In this document: one piece after another, positions 53,281 through 62,226 of the stretch
How the letters are laid out: every line of letters starts with the position of its first letter
Position numbering within the stretch: the first letter of the stretch is position 1
Assembly (NCBI GenBank): GCA_963710605.1
Contig: CAVQBA010000006.1
Coordinates: 576,001 to 640,000 of the forward strand
Origin: an uncultured cyanobacterium
GTDB taxonomy: Bacteria > Cyanobacteriota > Cyanobacteriia > Cyanobacteriales > Cyanobacteriaceae
Length of the DNA stretch: 64,000 nucleotides
Direction of reading: 5' to 3'
Notes under the pieces: generated by a model
Told to the model about the DNA's origin: nothing
Databases searched by the model: none
What the model saw: the letters and a program-made list of their open reading frames with translations, nothing else
Program-made: the position numbers and the translations under genes

Positions 53281-54453
53281 ATGCGTACCATCGAAGAAAT
53301 TAATCAAAAAATAGTCGATCGACAAGCCCGTGTCTGGACAGTAGAAGAATTAAAAACTAAAGTAAAAAAGCTGGGAATCAAAAAAACTTACGAACAAGTT
53401 GATGTAATTTGTACAGGTACTTTTGAACCAATGGAATCTTCAGGAGCGATACTGAATTTAGGACATACTGACCCCCCTATCAAAATTCGTCATTGTACGA
53501 TCGATAACGTTCCCGCTTATGCTGGTTTTGGAGCAGTAGATCTTTATTTGGGAGCAACTGCTTTAATGGATAAAGATGAGTCAGAGCAAGTAATTAATAA
53601 TACGATTATCGAAAAAGGTGGCGGACATATAATTGAAAAACTAGTTGCAGGAGAATCAGTTAAAGTAAAAGCCCTCGGTCATGTTACTGATTGTTATCCT
53701 CGTGCCTCATGGGAAGCTACGATTAATAAGGATAATATCAATCAGTTTTACCTTTATAATCCTCGTAATTTATATCAAAATTTTATTGTTGGAGTTAATA
53801 GTGGCGATCGAACCCTTTATACTTATTTAGGTCCTTTATTACCCCGTTTAGCGAATGCTGTGTATTCTAGTTTAGGTGCTATTTCACCCTTACTTAATGA
53901 TCCCGATTTAGAAACGATCGGTATTGGTACAAAAATATTTTTAGGTGGTGCTCAAGGATTCATCGTTGGTGAAGGCACTCAACATTTTCCCTTGCAAAAA
54001 AGACTAGCTAATCGTACCCCAATTGGTCCTTCTTCTACTTTAGCTTTAACTGCCGATGCGAAGCGAATGGATCGACAATGGGTAAGAGGTTGTTATTTCA
54101 AAAATTATGGCCCGTCTTTGATGTTAGGGGTGGGTGTGCCTTTACCTGTCCTGAATGAAAAGGTAATCGAATATTGTGCCGTCGAAGACAAAGATATTGT
54201 TGCCCCTGTAGTTGATTTTTCTATACCTCGTCGGGTACGTCCAAGTTTTGGTTTAGTTAATTATGCCCAACTCAAACACGGTAAAATTAAAATTGAAGGA
54301 CAAAAAGTAAGAGTTGCTCCCGTTGCCAGCATCTATCTTTCTCGTCAAGTTGCCAATACACTCAAACAATGGATTTTAGATGGTGAATTTACCCTCTCTC
54401 AACCAGTAGCCTCTATTGCCAACGATCGTTATTTCGTCTCTCAAGAATTATAG
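53281..54453 (+). CDS. Homocysteine biosynthesis protein (DUF39/HcyBio family)
   Basis: MRTIEEINQKI, VDVICTGTFEPMESSGA, GGGHIIEKL, NPRNLYQN, NDPDLETIGIGTKIFLGG; ATG at 53281 preferred over the TTG. Confidence 0.85.
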   Translation: MRTIEEINQKIVDRQARVWTVEELKTKVKKLGIKKTYEQVDVICTGTFEPMESSGAILNLGHTDPPIKIRHCTIDNVPAYAGFGAVDLYLGATALMDKDESEQVINNTIIEKGGGHIIEKLVAGESVKVKALGHVTDCYPRASWEATINKDNINQFYLYNPRNLYQNFIVGVNSGDRTLYTYLGPLLPRLANAVYSSLGAISPLLNDPDLETIGIGTKIFLGGAQGFIVGEGTQHFPLQKRLANRTPIGPSSTLALTADAKRMDRQWVRGCYFKNYGPSLMLGVGVPLPVLNEKVIEYCAVEDKDIVAPVVDFSIPRRVRPSFGLVNYAQLKHGKIKIEGQKVRVAPVASIYLSRQVANTLKQWILDGEFTLSQPVASIANDRYFVSQEL

Positions 54454-54552
54454 CACTCGTGCACTTACAAAGTAAAAAACAAAAAGGCTTAACAGTTAAG
54501 AGTTAAGAGTTAGTTATTCTTTGATTGTCAATTGTCAATTGTCAATTGTCAA

Positions 54553-55068
54553 TTATTTACCGAATCCTTTATCCTCACTTTTACCAGAGTGATATAGAGC
54601 CAATTGATGGTATTTACGAGCATGAGTAATTAATTCTTCTGCTTCTTTATCACCAACATCTCTTATTTTACGAGCAGGAATACCCACCATTAACGATCGA
54701 CGTGCAACATCTTTGGTAACAACACAACCTGCACCAATAATTGAACCTTCACCGACTGTAACCCCATTAAGCACGATCGCTCCAATCCCAATTAAGCATC
54801 CTTTTTTTATATGAGCCGAATGAATAACCGCACGATGCCCGACGGTAACATAATCTTCAAGAATAGTAACCTCATCAGGGTCTCCATGCAAAATAGCACC
54901 ATCTTGAATATTGGTATAGTTACCAATTTTGATCGCTTCGACATCAGCTCTTAATACTGCTGTATGCCAAATACTCACTCCTTGCCCTAAAGCTATATCT
55001 CCCATCAATGAAGCATTTTCCGCAATAAAAGCAGAATTGGGAAAATCTTTTTGCGTCAATAAATCCAT
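54553..55068 (-). CDS. Gamma-carbonic anhydrase family hexapeptide-repeat protein
   Basis: VLRADV, NIQDGAILH, TVGHRAVIHSA. Confidence 0.9.
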   Translation of the reverse strand: MDLLTQKDFPNSAFIAENASLMGDIALGQGVSIWHTAVLRADVEAIKIGNYTNIQDGAILHGDPDEVTILEDYVTVGHRAVIHSAHIKKGCLIGIGAIVLNGVTVGEGSIIGAGCVVTKDVARRSLMVGIPARKIRDVGDKEAEELITHARKYHQLALYHSGKSEDKGFGK

Positions 55069-55128
55069 TATTTAAACCCTAAAATAAACTGATCAGTACC
55101 TATGCAAAATTATTTGTAGAATAACTTT

Positions 55129-55190
55129 GTAGGGGTGTAAGGCTTCTTACACCCGAACGCTTGCGTCTTACGCTTCTGTCAGCGGGCTTC
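55129..55190. repeat. GTAG-type REP-like hairpin
   Basis: gtaggggtgtaag-gctt-cttacaccc plus a degenerate second copy. Confidence 0.55.
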
Positions 55191-55192
55191 CA

Positions 55193-55588
55193 TCAATTTT
55201 TTCTACTACTTAACTGAATCAACTCAATTTTATAACCATTAGGATCTTCTACAAAAGCAATTACTGTCGAACCATGTTTCATCGGACCTGGCTCTCTAGT
55301 TACCTTACCATCAAGAGATTTGATTTGCTCACAAGTTTTGTAAATATCATCAACACCTAAAGCAATGTGACCGTAAGCATCACCTAAATTATAATCATCT
55401 TTACCCCAGTTGTAAGTTAATTCGATTACTGCATTGGAAGACTCATCACCATAACCAACAAATGCAAGGGTAAATTCACCGCTAGGGTAATCTTTTTTGC
55501 GTAACAACTTCATTCCTAGTACATCACAGTAGAAATCGATCGATTTATCTAAATCTCCTACCCTGAGCATTGTATGTAATACACGCAT
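55193..55588 (-). CDS. gloA: Lactoylglutathione lyase (glyoxalase I)
   Basis: [41 protein letters not shown]. Confidence 0.96.
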   Translation of the reverse strand: MRVLHTMLRVGDLDKSIDFYCDVLGMKLLRKKDYPSGEFTLAFVGYGDESSNAVIELTYNWGKDDYNLGDAYGHIALGVDDIYKTCEQIKSLDGKVTREPGPMKHGSTVIAFVEDPNGYKIELIQLSSRKN

Positions 55589-55763
55589 AAATTTTTTTGA
55601 TAATTACTTATTTTACTTTTAATCTTTATTGTACTGCGGACAGACGATCGATTGATACGGTATTAATTGTTAATTGTTTACTGTTATCTGTTCACTGTTC
55701 ACTATATCAACAAAAGATTGTATTCAATTTTGAATTACAGAAGTTATTAATTAATCATTATTT

Positions 55764-56102
55764 TCAGTTGTTCAAATATTGCTCTAAATCCTCTACTAAA
55801 CGGGTTAATTCAGCTTCGGAGGTTAAGCGAATTTGTTCATCTCTAAGAGTAACCAATAATTTAGCGGCAAAAGGATTAGGATAAATATTAGGGTTACAAA
55901 AAATCTCTAAAAAAACCTTACCTGTATATTGGTATTCCATGGTTTTTTTTGGTGTTGGTTTGCCTCCCGATTTATTTTGAATCGTAATTTCTTTAAGACT
56001 CGTCATTAGATTATTGATTTCGGTACGTAAATTTTGAGCTGATTGTTCATCAAAACTAAAAGATACCGCACCCTGAATTAGGTTAATCGTGAATTGATTC
56101 AT
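55764..56102 (-). CDS. Conserved cyanobacterial hypothetical protein
   Basis: FLEIFCNPNIYPNPFAAKLLVTLRDE. Confidence 0.7.
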   Translation of the reverse strand: MNQFTINLIQGAVSFSFDEQSAQNLRTEINNLMTSLKEITIQNKSGGKPTPKKTMEYQYTGKVFLEIFCNPNIYPNPFAAKLLVTLRDEQIRLTSEAELTRLVEDLEQYLNN

Positions 56103-56215
56103 ATTGAACTGGTTAATTACAGTTTCTTATTTTATCGATCGATTAGAACATAATTGACTTTCACTTACTATTATTTAACAATTAATTTATTCAAGGTAAA
56201 AGATGAGATAATACA

Positions 56216-57055
56216 TTGACAATATCGACAGGCAGACTATACTTAGTCGCAACTCCTATAGGTAATTTAGAAGATATAACTTTTCGTGCCATCAAAACAT
56301 TACAAACAGTTGATTTGATTGCGGCTGAGGATACTAGACATACAGGGAAACTATTACATCATTACCAAATTAAAACACCGACAATTAGTTACCATCAACA
56401 TAATTATCAAAAAAGAATACCAGAGTTATTAAATAAATTAGTAGAGGGAGTTAATTTAGCTCTAGTCAGTGATGCAGGAACACCCGCAGTGTGTGATCCT
56501 GGTTACAATCTTGTTTTGGCTTGTATAGAATCCGCCATTACAGTTATACCCATACCGGGTGCGGTAGCCGCTATTAATGGTTTAATCGCTTCAGGTTTAA
56601 ATACCGATCGATTTTGCTTTGAAGGTTTTTTACCCCAAAAGAAGAAACTTAGAGATAGTTTACTTACTAGTATTCAAAAAGAAAAGCGGACTCTGATTTT
56701 TTATGAAGCACCTCATCGTTTAATTAAAACATTGACAGATTTTATGACTGTTTTCGGTGAAAATCGTCAAATCACTTTAGCTAGAGAACTAACTAAACTA
56801 TACGAACAATTCTGGTATGGTACTATAACAGAAGCGATCGTTTTTTGCCAAAATCATCAACCTAAAGGTGAATATACCATCATCGTGGCGGGTAACGATG
56901 AAAGCGAATTATTAGAATTAAACCCGACACAGATTAAAGCCGAAGTTAATAAATTAGTCGAGCAAGGAATGAGTAAAAGCGAAGCTAGCAAATACCTCGC
57001 CACACAAACTAATTTATCTCGTCGAGAAATATACCAATTAATAATTGATAATTAA
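56216..57055 (+). CDS. rsmI: 16S rRNA C1402 2'-O-methyltransferase
   Basis: LYLVATPIGNLEDIT.RA, AEDTRHT, SDAGTP..DPG, FYEAPHR, ARELTK. Confidence 0.95.
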   Translation: MTISTGRLYLVATPIGNLEDITFRAIKTLQTVDLIAAEDTRHTGKLLHHYQIKTPTISYHQHNYQKRIPELLNKLVEGVNLALVSDAGTPAVCDPGYNLVLACIESAITVIPIPGAVAAINGLIASGLNTDRFCFEGFLPQKKKLRDSLLTSIQKEKRTLIFYEAPHRLIKTLTDFMTVFGENRQITLARELTKLYEQFWYGTITEAIVFCQNHQPKGEYTIIVAGNDESELLELNPTQIKAEVNKLVEQGMSKSEASKYLATQTNLSRREIYQLIIDN

Positions 57056-57221
57056 TAATTAAATCTATTAGTTTATGATTGATTGTTAGGGAATAGGCAT
57101 TTAAAAATCATTTAAAAATCATTGATTGTCAATTTTCAATTGTCAATTGTCAATTATTCTAATAGTTTTGTTATAATTTCAGCTTGAATAGTAAAGTAAC
57201 TAAATTGGATTTGTAATTATC

Positions 57222-58529
57222 TTGGCACGGGTTATTATTGAACGTTTATACAAAACCTATGGCTTGGGAGTCAAAGCTAAATCTGCATCTGGATTAAGCT
57301 CAATGTCCACTTCTAAAGAGAAAAATAACGCTAAAGAGGAGTTGAATATCTCTTCGACTTCTCAAGCAAACAAAAATACTATTTCCACTTCAGTCTTAAA
57401 AGGAATCGACTTAAAAATTGAAGATGGAGAATTTATGGTTTTAGTTGGTCCTTCTGGATGTGGTAAAAGTACATTATTAAGATTAATAGCAGGATTAGAA
57501 GATATTACAGCAGGAAATGTAACAATTGGCGATCGTGTAGTTAACGATTTACCTCCTAAAGCCAGAGATATAGCCATGGTATTTCAAAACTACGCACTTT
57601 ATCCCCATCTAAGCGTTTATGATAATATTGCTTTTGGATTAAGAAGAATGAATCAAGATCAAGGTTTTTCGCCTCAAAAATCTTTAGATGCTATTCTTAC
57701 CACAACTACTTCATGGCTTCCTACTTCATTACGTTATTTTTCAACTCAGGAAAAAAAGATTCAAACCCAAGTAGCAGAAGTTGCCCAAATGTTACAAATT
57801 GATGCTTTATTATCTCGCTTACCTAAAGAATTATCAGGAGGGCAAAAACAAAGAGTCGCTTTAGGGCGTGCTATTGCCCGAAATCCACAGGCTTTTTTAA
57901 TGGATGAACCTCTTTCTAATTTAGATGCTAAACTACGTACAGAGACTCGTATGCAGATTGTTAAACTACAAAAACAATTGAAAACGACTACTATCTATGT
58001 CACTCATGATCAAACTGAAGCGATGACAATGGGCGATCGAATTGCGGTAATGTATGGAGGAGAAATACAACAACTAGCAACGCCTTTAGAAGTCTATCAT
58101 CAACCAACTAATAAGTTTGTCGCCCAATTTATTGGTAGCCCACCGATGAATATTTTAGAAGTAGATTATTATAAACCAAATATAATCAAACACAATTATT
58201 TTAAGTTACAGTTACCACAGAAATGGCAAAAGATTTTAGAAAATTATAACTATGAAAAAATTTGGTTAGGAATACGCCCTGAGCATTTTGCCATAGCATC
58301 GGTAGATTCAGATTCGAGTTTTTCTTTTCCTGTCGTGGTTAATTTAGTAGAAGCATTAGGAAACGAAACTATTTTGACTGTTAATTTAGAAGCATATCCT
58401 GATGAGAATTTGCAAGTGAAAATATTTGGTACTCAAGTTATTAGAATAGGAGACAAACTTGATTTAACTATTAAATTAGATTTAGTTAGTTTCTTTGATT
58501 ACTACCAAGAAAAAAATGTTTTAGTTTGA
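57222..58529 (+). CDS. Sugar ABC transporter ATP-binding protein (MalK/UgpC type)
   Basis: GPSGCGKST, LSGGQKQR, LMDEPLSNLDAKLR, TOBE-like C-terminus. Confidence 0.92.
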   Translation: MARVIIERLYKTYGLGVKAKSASGLSSMSTSKEKNNAKEELNISSTSQANKNTISTSVLKGIDLKIEDGEFMVLVGPSGCGKSTLLRLIAGLEDITAGNVTIGDRVVNDLPPKARDIAMVFQNYALYPHLSVYDNIAFGLRRMNQDQGFSPQKSLDAILTTTTSWLPTSLRYFSTQEKKIQTQVAEVAQMLQIDALLSRLPKELSGGQKQRVALGRAIARNPQAFLMDEPLSNLDAKLRTETRMQIVKLQKQLKTTTIYVTHDQTEAMTMGDRIAVMYGGEIQQLATPLEVYHQPTNKFVAQFIGSPPMNILEVDYYKPNIIKHNYFKLQLPQKWQKILENYNYEKIWLGIRPEHFAIASVDSDSSFSFPVVVNLVEALGNETILTVNLEAYPDENLQVKIFGTQVIRIGDKLDLTIKLDLVSFFDYYQEKNVLV

Positions 58530-58621
58530 TTTTTTTTAAGCTTATACATCTATATTAAAATTTAAAATTTGTTACTATCCAATTAATAATAATTAACTTT
58601 GAAATTAATCAATAATTAATA

Positions 58622-60166
58622 ATGAATAAAGATAACTTTTTAAAACAACCGATCAATCGAATTTGCTTTATTTTAATTGCTATTTTTAGTTGTCTAATTT
58701 TTATTTTAATTGGTAGTAGTAAAGTTTGTTATCAAGGTAAATGTCTTTTTGATACTCGACCTGAGGTGAAAGAATTTAGTTGGGAAAATCAAAAAGTAGG
58801 AGCAACAGACAAAGCTTTTTATCTGGTTTTCGATCGTCCAATGTCTCATGATACTGTGGAACAAAATTTAGTCATCGAACCAAATATTGATGGTCGAATT
58901 AGCTGGGCAGGAAAACGCTTAGTTTATACCCTTAATGATGTAATTACCTACGGTAGAGATTATCGTTTATCTCTTAGTAATGCCCAAGAAAAATTTCGAG
59001 GACAAAAAAAATTAGGTGCTAAAATAGAGCCATTTGTCGCTGAATTTCAAAGCCGTGAAAGAGCATTTGCTTATATTGGTAGTAAAGGCGAAGAAAGTGG
59101 TCGTTTAATTCTCAACAATTCAACTAAATTAAACAAAACAATTTTAACTCCGGCAAATTTAATTGTTATTGATTTTAAATTTACTCCTAATAATGAAAAA
59201 ATTGTCTTTTCTGCTCTTAATAATAAAGAAAATAATTCTCAAATCAAAAAGATAAATTTGTATCAAGTAGAGACAGGATTATCTAATGATTCGACAACTA
59301 GAGTGCCGGGAAAAGTTCAACTGATTTTAGATGCTGAAAAATATCAAAATAATAAGTTCGACTTAGCAGGAGATGACGGCGAAATTGTTGTGGTGCAACG
59401 TGTTAATCATCAAAATGCTCAAGATTATGATTTATGGAAACTAGAAGCAGGAAAAATACCTCAAAGATTAAATACTAAAGGTGGTGATTTTGTGGTTACT
59501 CCTGATGGTAAAAGTGTCGCCATTGCTCAAGGTGAAGGTATTTCTATTTTGCCTTTAAGTAGTCAAGAAAATCAAAATAAATCTTCTACTGTTAATTTTT
59601 TACCTAAATACGGACAAGTGTTGACTTTCTCTAATGATGGTGGTAGTGCGGCGATGATTAATTTTAATAAGGACGATTCTCAGTTACAATTTACTCGATC
59701 GTTGTTTTACGTCAACAACCAAGGTGTTGAAAAAGAATTACTCAACATTAAAGGTAATATTATTGATTGCAAATTTGGCTATAAAGATGAACAATTATTT
59801 TGTCTATTAACCGAAATACAAGAGAATGAATTAGAAGAAACATTACAAGAAAGACCTTATTTTGCCTCTATCAATTTAGAATCGGGTAAGGTTGTTCCTT
59901 TAATTGCCTTACCTAAATATCAGGATATCAAAATTAGTATGGCACCTGATGGTTTGAGATTATTATTTGATCAACTAGTTACGGAAAATGATATTAGTGA
60001 GAAAACACTAAAAGACATTGCACCTGCTGAAGAATTACTAACTGATTCGGCTGAGTTAATTGTATCTAGTCGTTTGTGGTTATTGTCTTTACCAACAACT
60101 GAATCACCTCAAGCTAAACTTGAAGAATTACCCATAGTTGGGTTTAAACCTCAATGGAGTCGATAA
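58622..60166 (+). CDS. Membrane-anchored Ig-like / beta-propeller protein
   Basis: N-terminal TM; FDRPM..G.ISWAGKRLVYTL; TPDGKS and APDG motifs. Confidence 0.6.
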   Translation: MNKDNFLKQPINRICFILIAIFSCLIFILIGSSKVCYQGKCLFDTRPEVKEFSWENQKVGATDKAFYLVFDRPMSHDTVEQNLVIEPNIDGRISWAGKRLVYTLNDVITYGRDYRLSLSNAQEKFRGQKKLGAKIEPFVAEFQSRERAFAYIGSKGEESGRLILNNSTKLNKTILTPANLIVIDFKFTPNNEKIVFSALNNKENNSQIKKINLYQVETGLSNDSTTRVPGKVQLILDAEKYQNNKFDLAGDDGEIVVVQRVNHQNAQDYDLWKLEAGKIPQRLNTKGGDFVVTPDGKSVAIAQGEGISILPLSSQENQNKSSTVNFLPKYGQVLTFSNDGGSAAMINFNKDDSQLQFTRSLFYVNNQGVEKELLNIKGNIIDCKFGYKDEQLFCLLTEIQENELEETLQERPYFASINLESGKVVPLIALPKYQDIKISMAPDGLRLLFDQLVTENDISEKTLKDIAPAEELLTDSAELIVSSRLWLLSLPTTESPQAKLEELPIVGFKPQWSR

Positions 60167-60287
60167 TAATTGATAATTACTTTTTCTGGAAAATACCATC
60201 GATAGTTAATAATTAATAAATTATTGATGATTAGTTAAAACGATCGAGTAAATTATGGATAAAGTCAAAAAAATATAAACAATTATT

Positions 60288-61202
60288 GTGCGACTAAAAC
60301 AAGTAATCATCGCCTATAAAGCTGGGGATAAAGATAGTAAGAAATGGGCGGAAAGATGTGCTAAAGAATTAGAACAAAGAGAATGTAAAGTATTATTAGG
60401 ACCTAGTGGAATCAAAGATAATCCTTATCCTGTTTTTCTGGCTTCTGCTACCCAAAAAATTGATTTAGCGATCGTTTTAGGTGGTGATGGAACAATTTTA
60501 GCCGCCTCTCGCCATCTTGCCCCTGAAGAGATACCTTTATTAGCAGTTAATGTTGGTGGACATTTAGGATTTTTGACCGAACCTTTTAGTTTGTTTCAAG
60601 AAACAGAGGCACTTTGGCACAGATTAGAAAATGATCTTTATGCAGTAGAGCGACGTATGATGCTTACTGCTCAAGTTTGGGAAAATAACCGAGACGAAAT
60701 TGAAGCTGTTAGCGATCGTTTTTTTTGTTTAAATGAAATGTGTGTTAAACCCGCTTGTTTAGATAGAATGCCCACTGCAATACTCGAAATGGAAGTTGAT
60801 GGTGAGATAGTAGATCAGTATCATGGAGATGGTTTAATTGTGGCTACGCCTACTGGCTCGACTTGTTACACAGCCTCCGCTAATGGCCGGATCGTTCATC
60901 CGGGAATGAGTGCGATCGCAGTTACGCCAATTTGTCCTTTAAGTTTATCTAGTCGTCCTTTATTGTTACCTGCTAGATCAATTATTAATATTTGGACAAT
61001 CGGAGATTACGAATTGAATAATAAATTATGGACTGATGGAGCGTTAGGAACTTCAATTTGGCCTAAACAATGGGTAAGCATACAAATGGCAGAATGTCAA
61101 GCAAAGTTTATCATTTTGCGTGAATCATATTCTTTTTACAAAACTCTCAAAAATAAATTGCAGTGGAAAGGCTCTAGAATTCATTACGAGCATAATGAAT
61201 AA
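60288..61202 (+). CDS. nadK: NAD(+) kinase
   Basis: LGGDGTIL, GHLGFL, LNE, GDGLIVATPTGSTCY. Confidence 0.94.
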   Translation: MRLKQVIIAYKAGDKDSKKWAERCAKELEQRECKVLLGPSGIKDNPYPVFLASATQKIDLAIVLGGDGTILAASRHLAPEEIPLLAVNVGGHLGFLTEPFSLFQETEALWHRLENDLYAVERRMMLTAQVWENNRDEIEAVSDRFFCLNEMCVKPACLDRMPTAILEMEVDGEIVDQYHGDGLIVATPTGSTCYTASANGRIVHPGMSAIAVTPICPLSLSSRPLLLPARSIINIWTIGDYELNNKLWTDGALGTSIWPKQWVSIQMAECQAKFIILRESYSFYKTLKNKLQWKGSRIHYEHNE

Positions 61203-61326
61203 TCAAATTCAGTTTCTAACTATTAATTAATAAATTTACGCAGAGTGAAAACCATTGGAAATAACACGAATATCAAATTTCTATTACAATAATGAAGATA
61301 ATAATCTAAAAACTTGACATTAAGTT

Positions 61327-62103
61327 ATGACTAAAACCTTCAAATTCTTATTACTATTAATTGTCAGTTTATCTTTAACCACCACAACTAAATTTAATCC
61401 TGTTTTGGCTCAATCTAAAGATATTCCGCAACAGATTATTGATGTTGTACCTCAACTTGATTTTGCTTTTAATAATCGTGACGAAGATTTAATTAAAAAA
61501 TATATTTCAGCTAATTTCACCAACGAAGATGGCTTAAATTATCAAACCTTAAATGAGTCATTAAGACAGATGTGGTCAAGATATCAAGATTTAGAATATA
61601 CAACCACGATCGAATCTTGGCGTAGAGAAAGTAACCAATTAGTAGCGACTACAACTACTAGTATTACAGGTAGCTACCAAATCAATCAACAAAAATTCAC
61701 TTTAAATTCAATTATTAAATCTGAGCAATTTTTTGCTGATAACCAATTAGTTAAGCAAAATATACTTCAAGAAAAAAACGAAATTACTAGTGGTGAAAAA
61801 CCCCCTGTAGTGAGAGTTAACATTCCTCAAACAGTTCGCCCCGGTCAGGAGTTTGATTTGGATGTTATCTTAGAAGAACCAGTTGGTTCAGATTTAGTTT
61901 TAGGTGCCGCATTAGAAGAAAAAATAGATTCTTCTTTATATATGAAACCCTCTAGTATAGAATTAGAAGCCCTCAGTGCAGGTGGTATTTTTAAACGAGT
62001 GAAGTTATCTGAAGCTAATCAAGATCATTGGTATTCTTTCATTGTTATTCGTAATGGTGGAATTCGGATGATTACTCAAAGAGTTAATGTTAATAACAAC
62101 TAA
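61327..62103 (+). CDS. Secreted NTF2-like domain protein
   Basis: Signal peptide; F.NEDGL, W.RY..L.Y.T; L.AGGIFK, TQRV. Confidence 0.65.
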   Translation: MTKTFKFLLLLIVSLSLTTTTKFNPVLAQSKDIPQQIIDVVPQLDFAFNNRDEDLIKKYISANFTNEDGLNYQTLNESLRQMWSRYQDLEYTTTIESWRRESNQLVATTTTSITGSYQINQQKFTLNSIIKSEQFFADNQLVKQNILQEKNEITSGEKPPVVRVNIPQTVRPGQEFDLDVILEEPVGSDLVLGAALEEKIDSSLYMKPSSIELEALSAGGIFKRVKLSEANQDHWYSFIVIRNGGIRMITQRVNVNNN

Positions 62104-62226
62104 CAGTATCTGGTGTGAACAGTTGACAATGAACAGATAAATAATTGTTAGTTCATACTTTTTACTTAACTTTTTCTTGTCTATATCCCTGCTCTTCATT
62201 ATTGCTCATCTTCATTATTTATCGTT

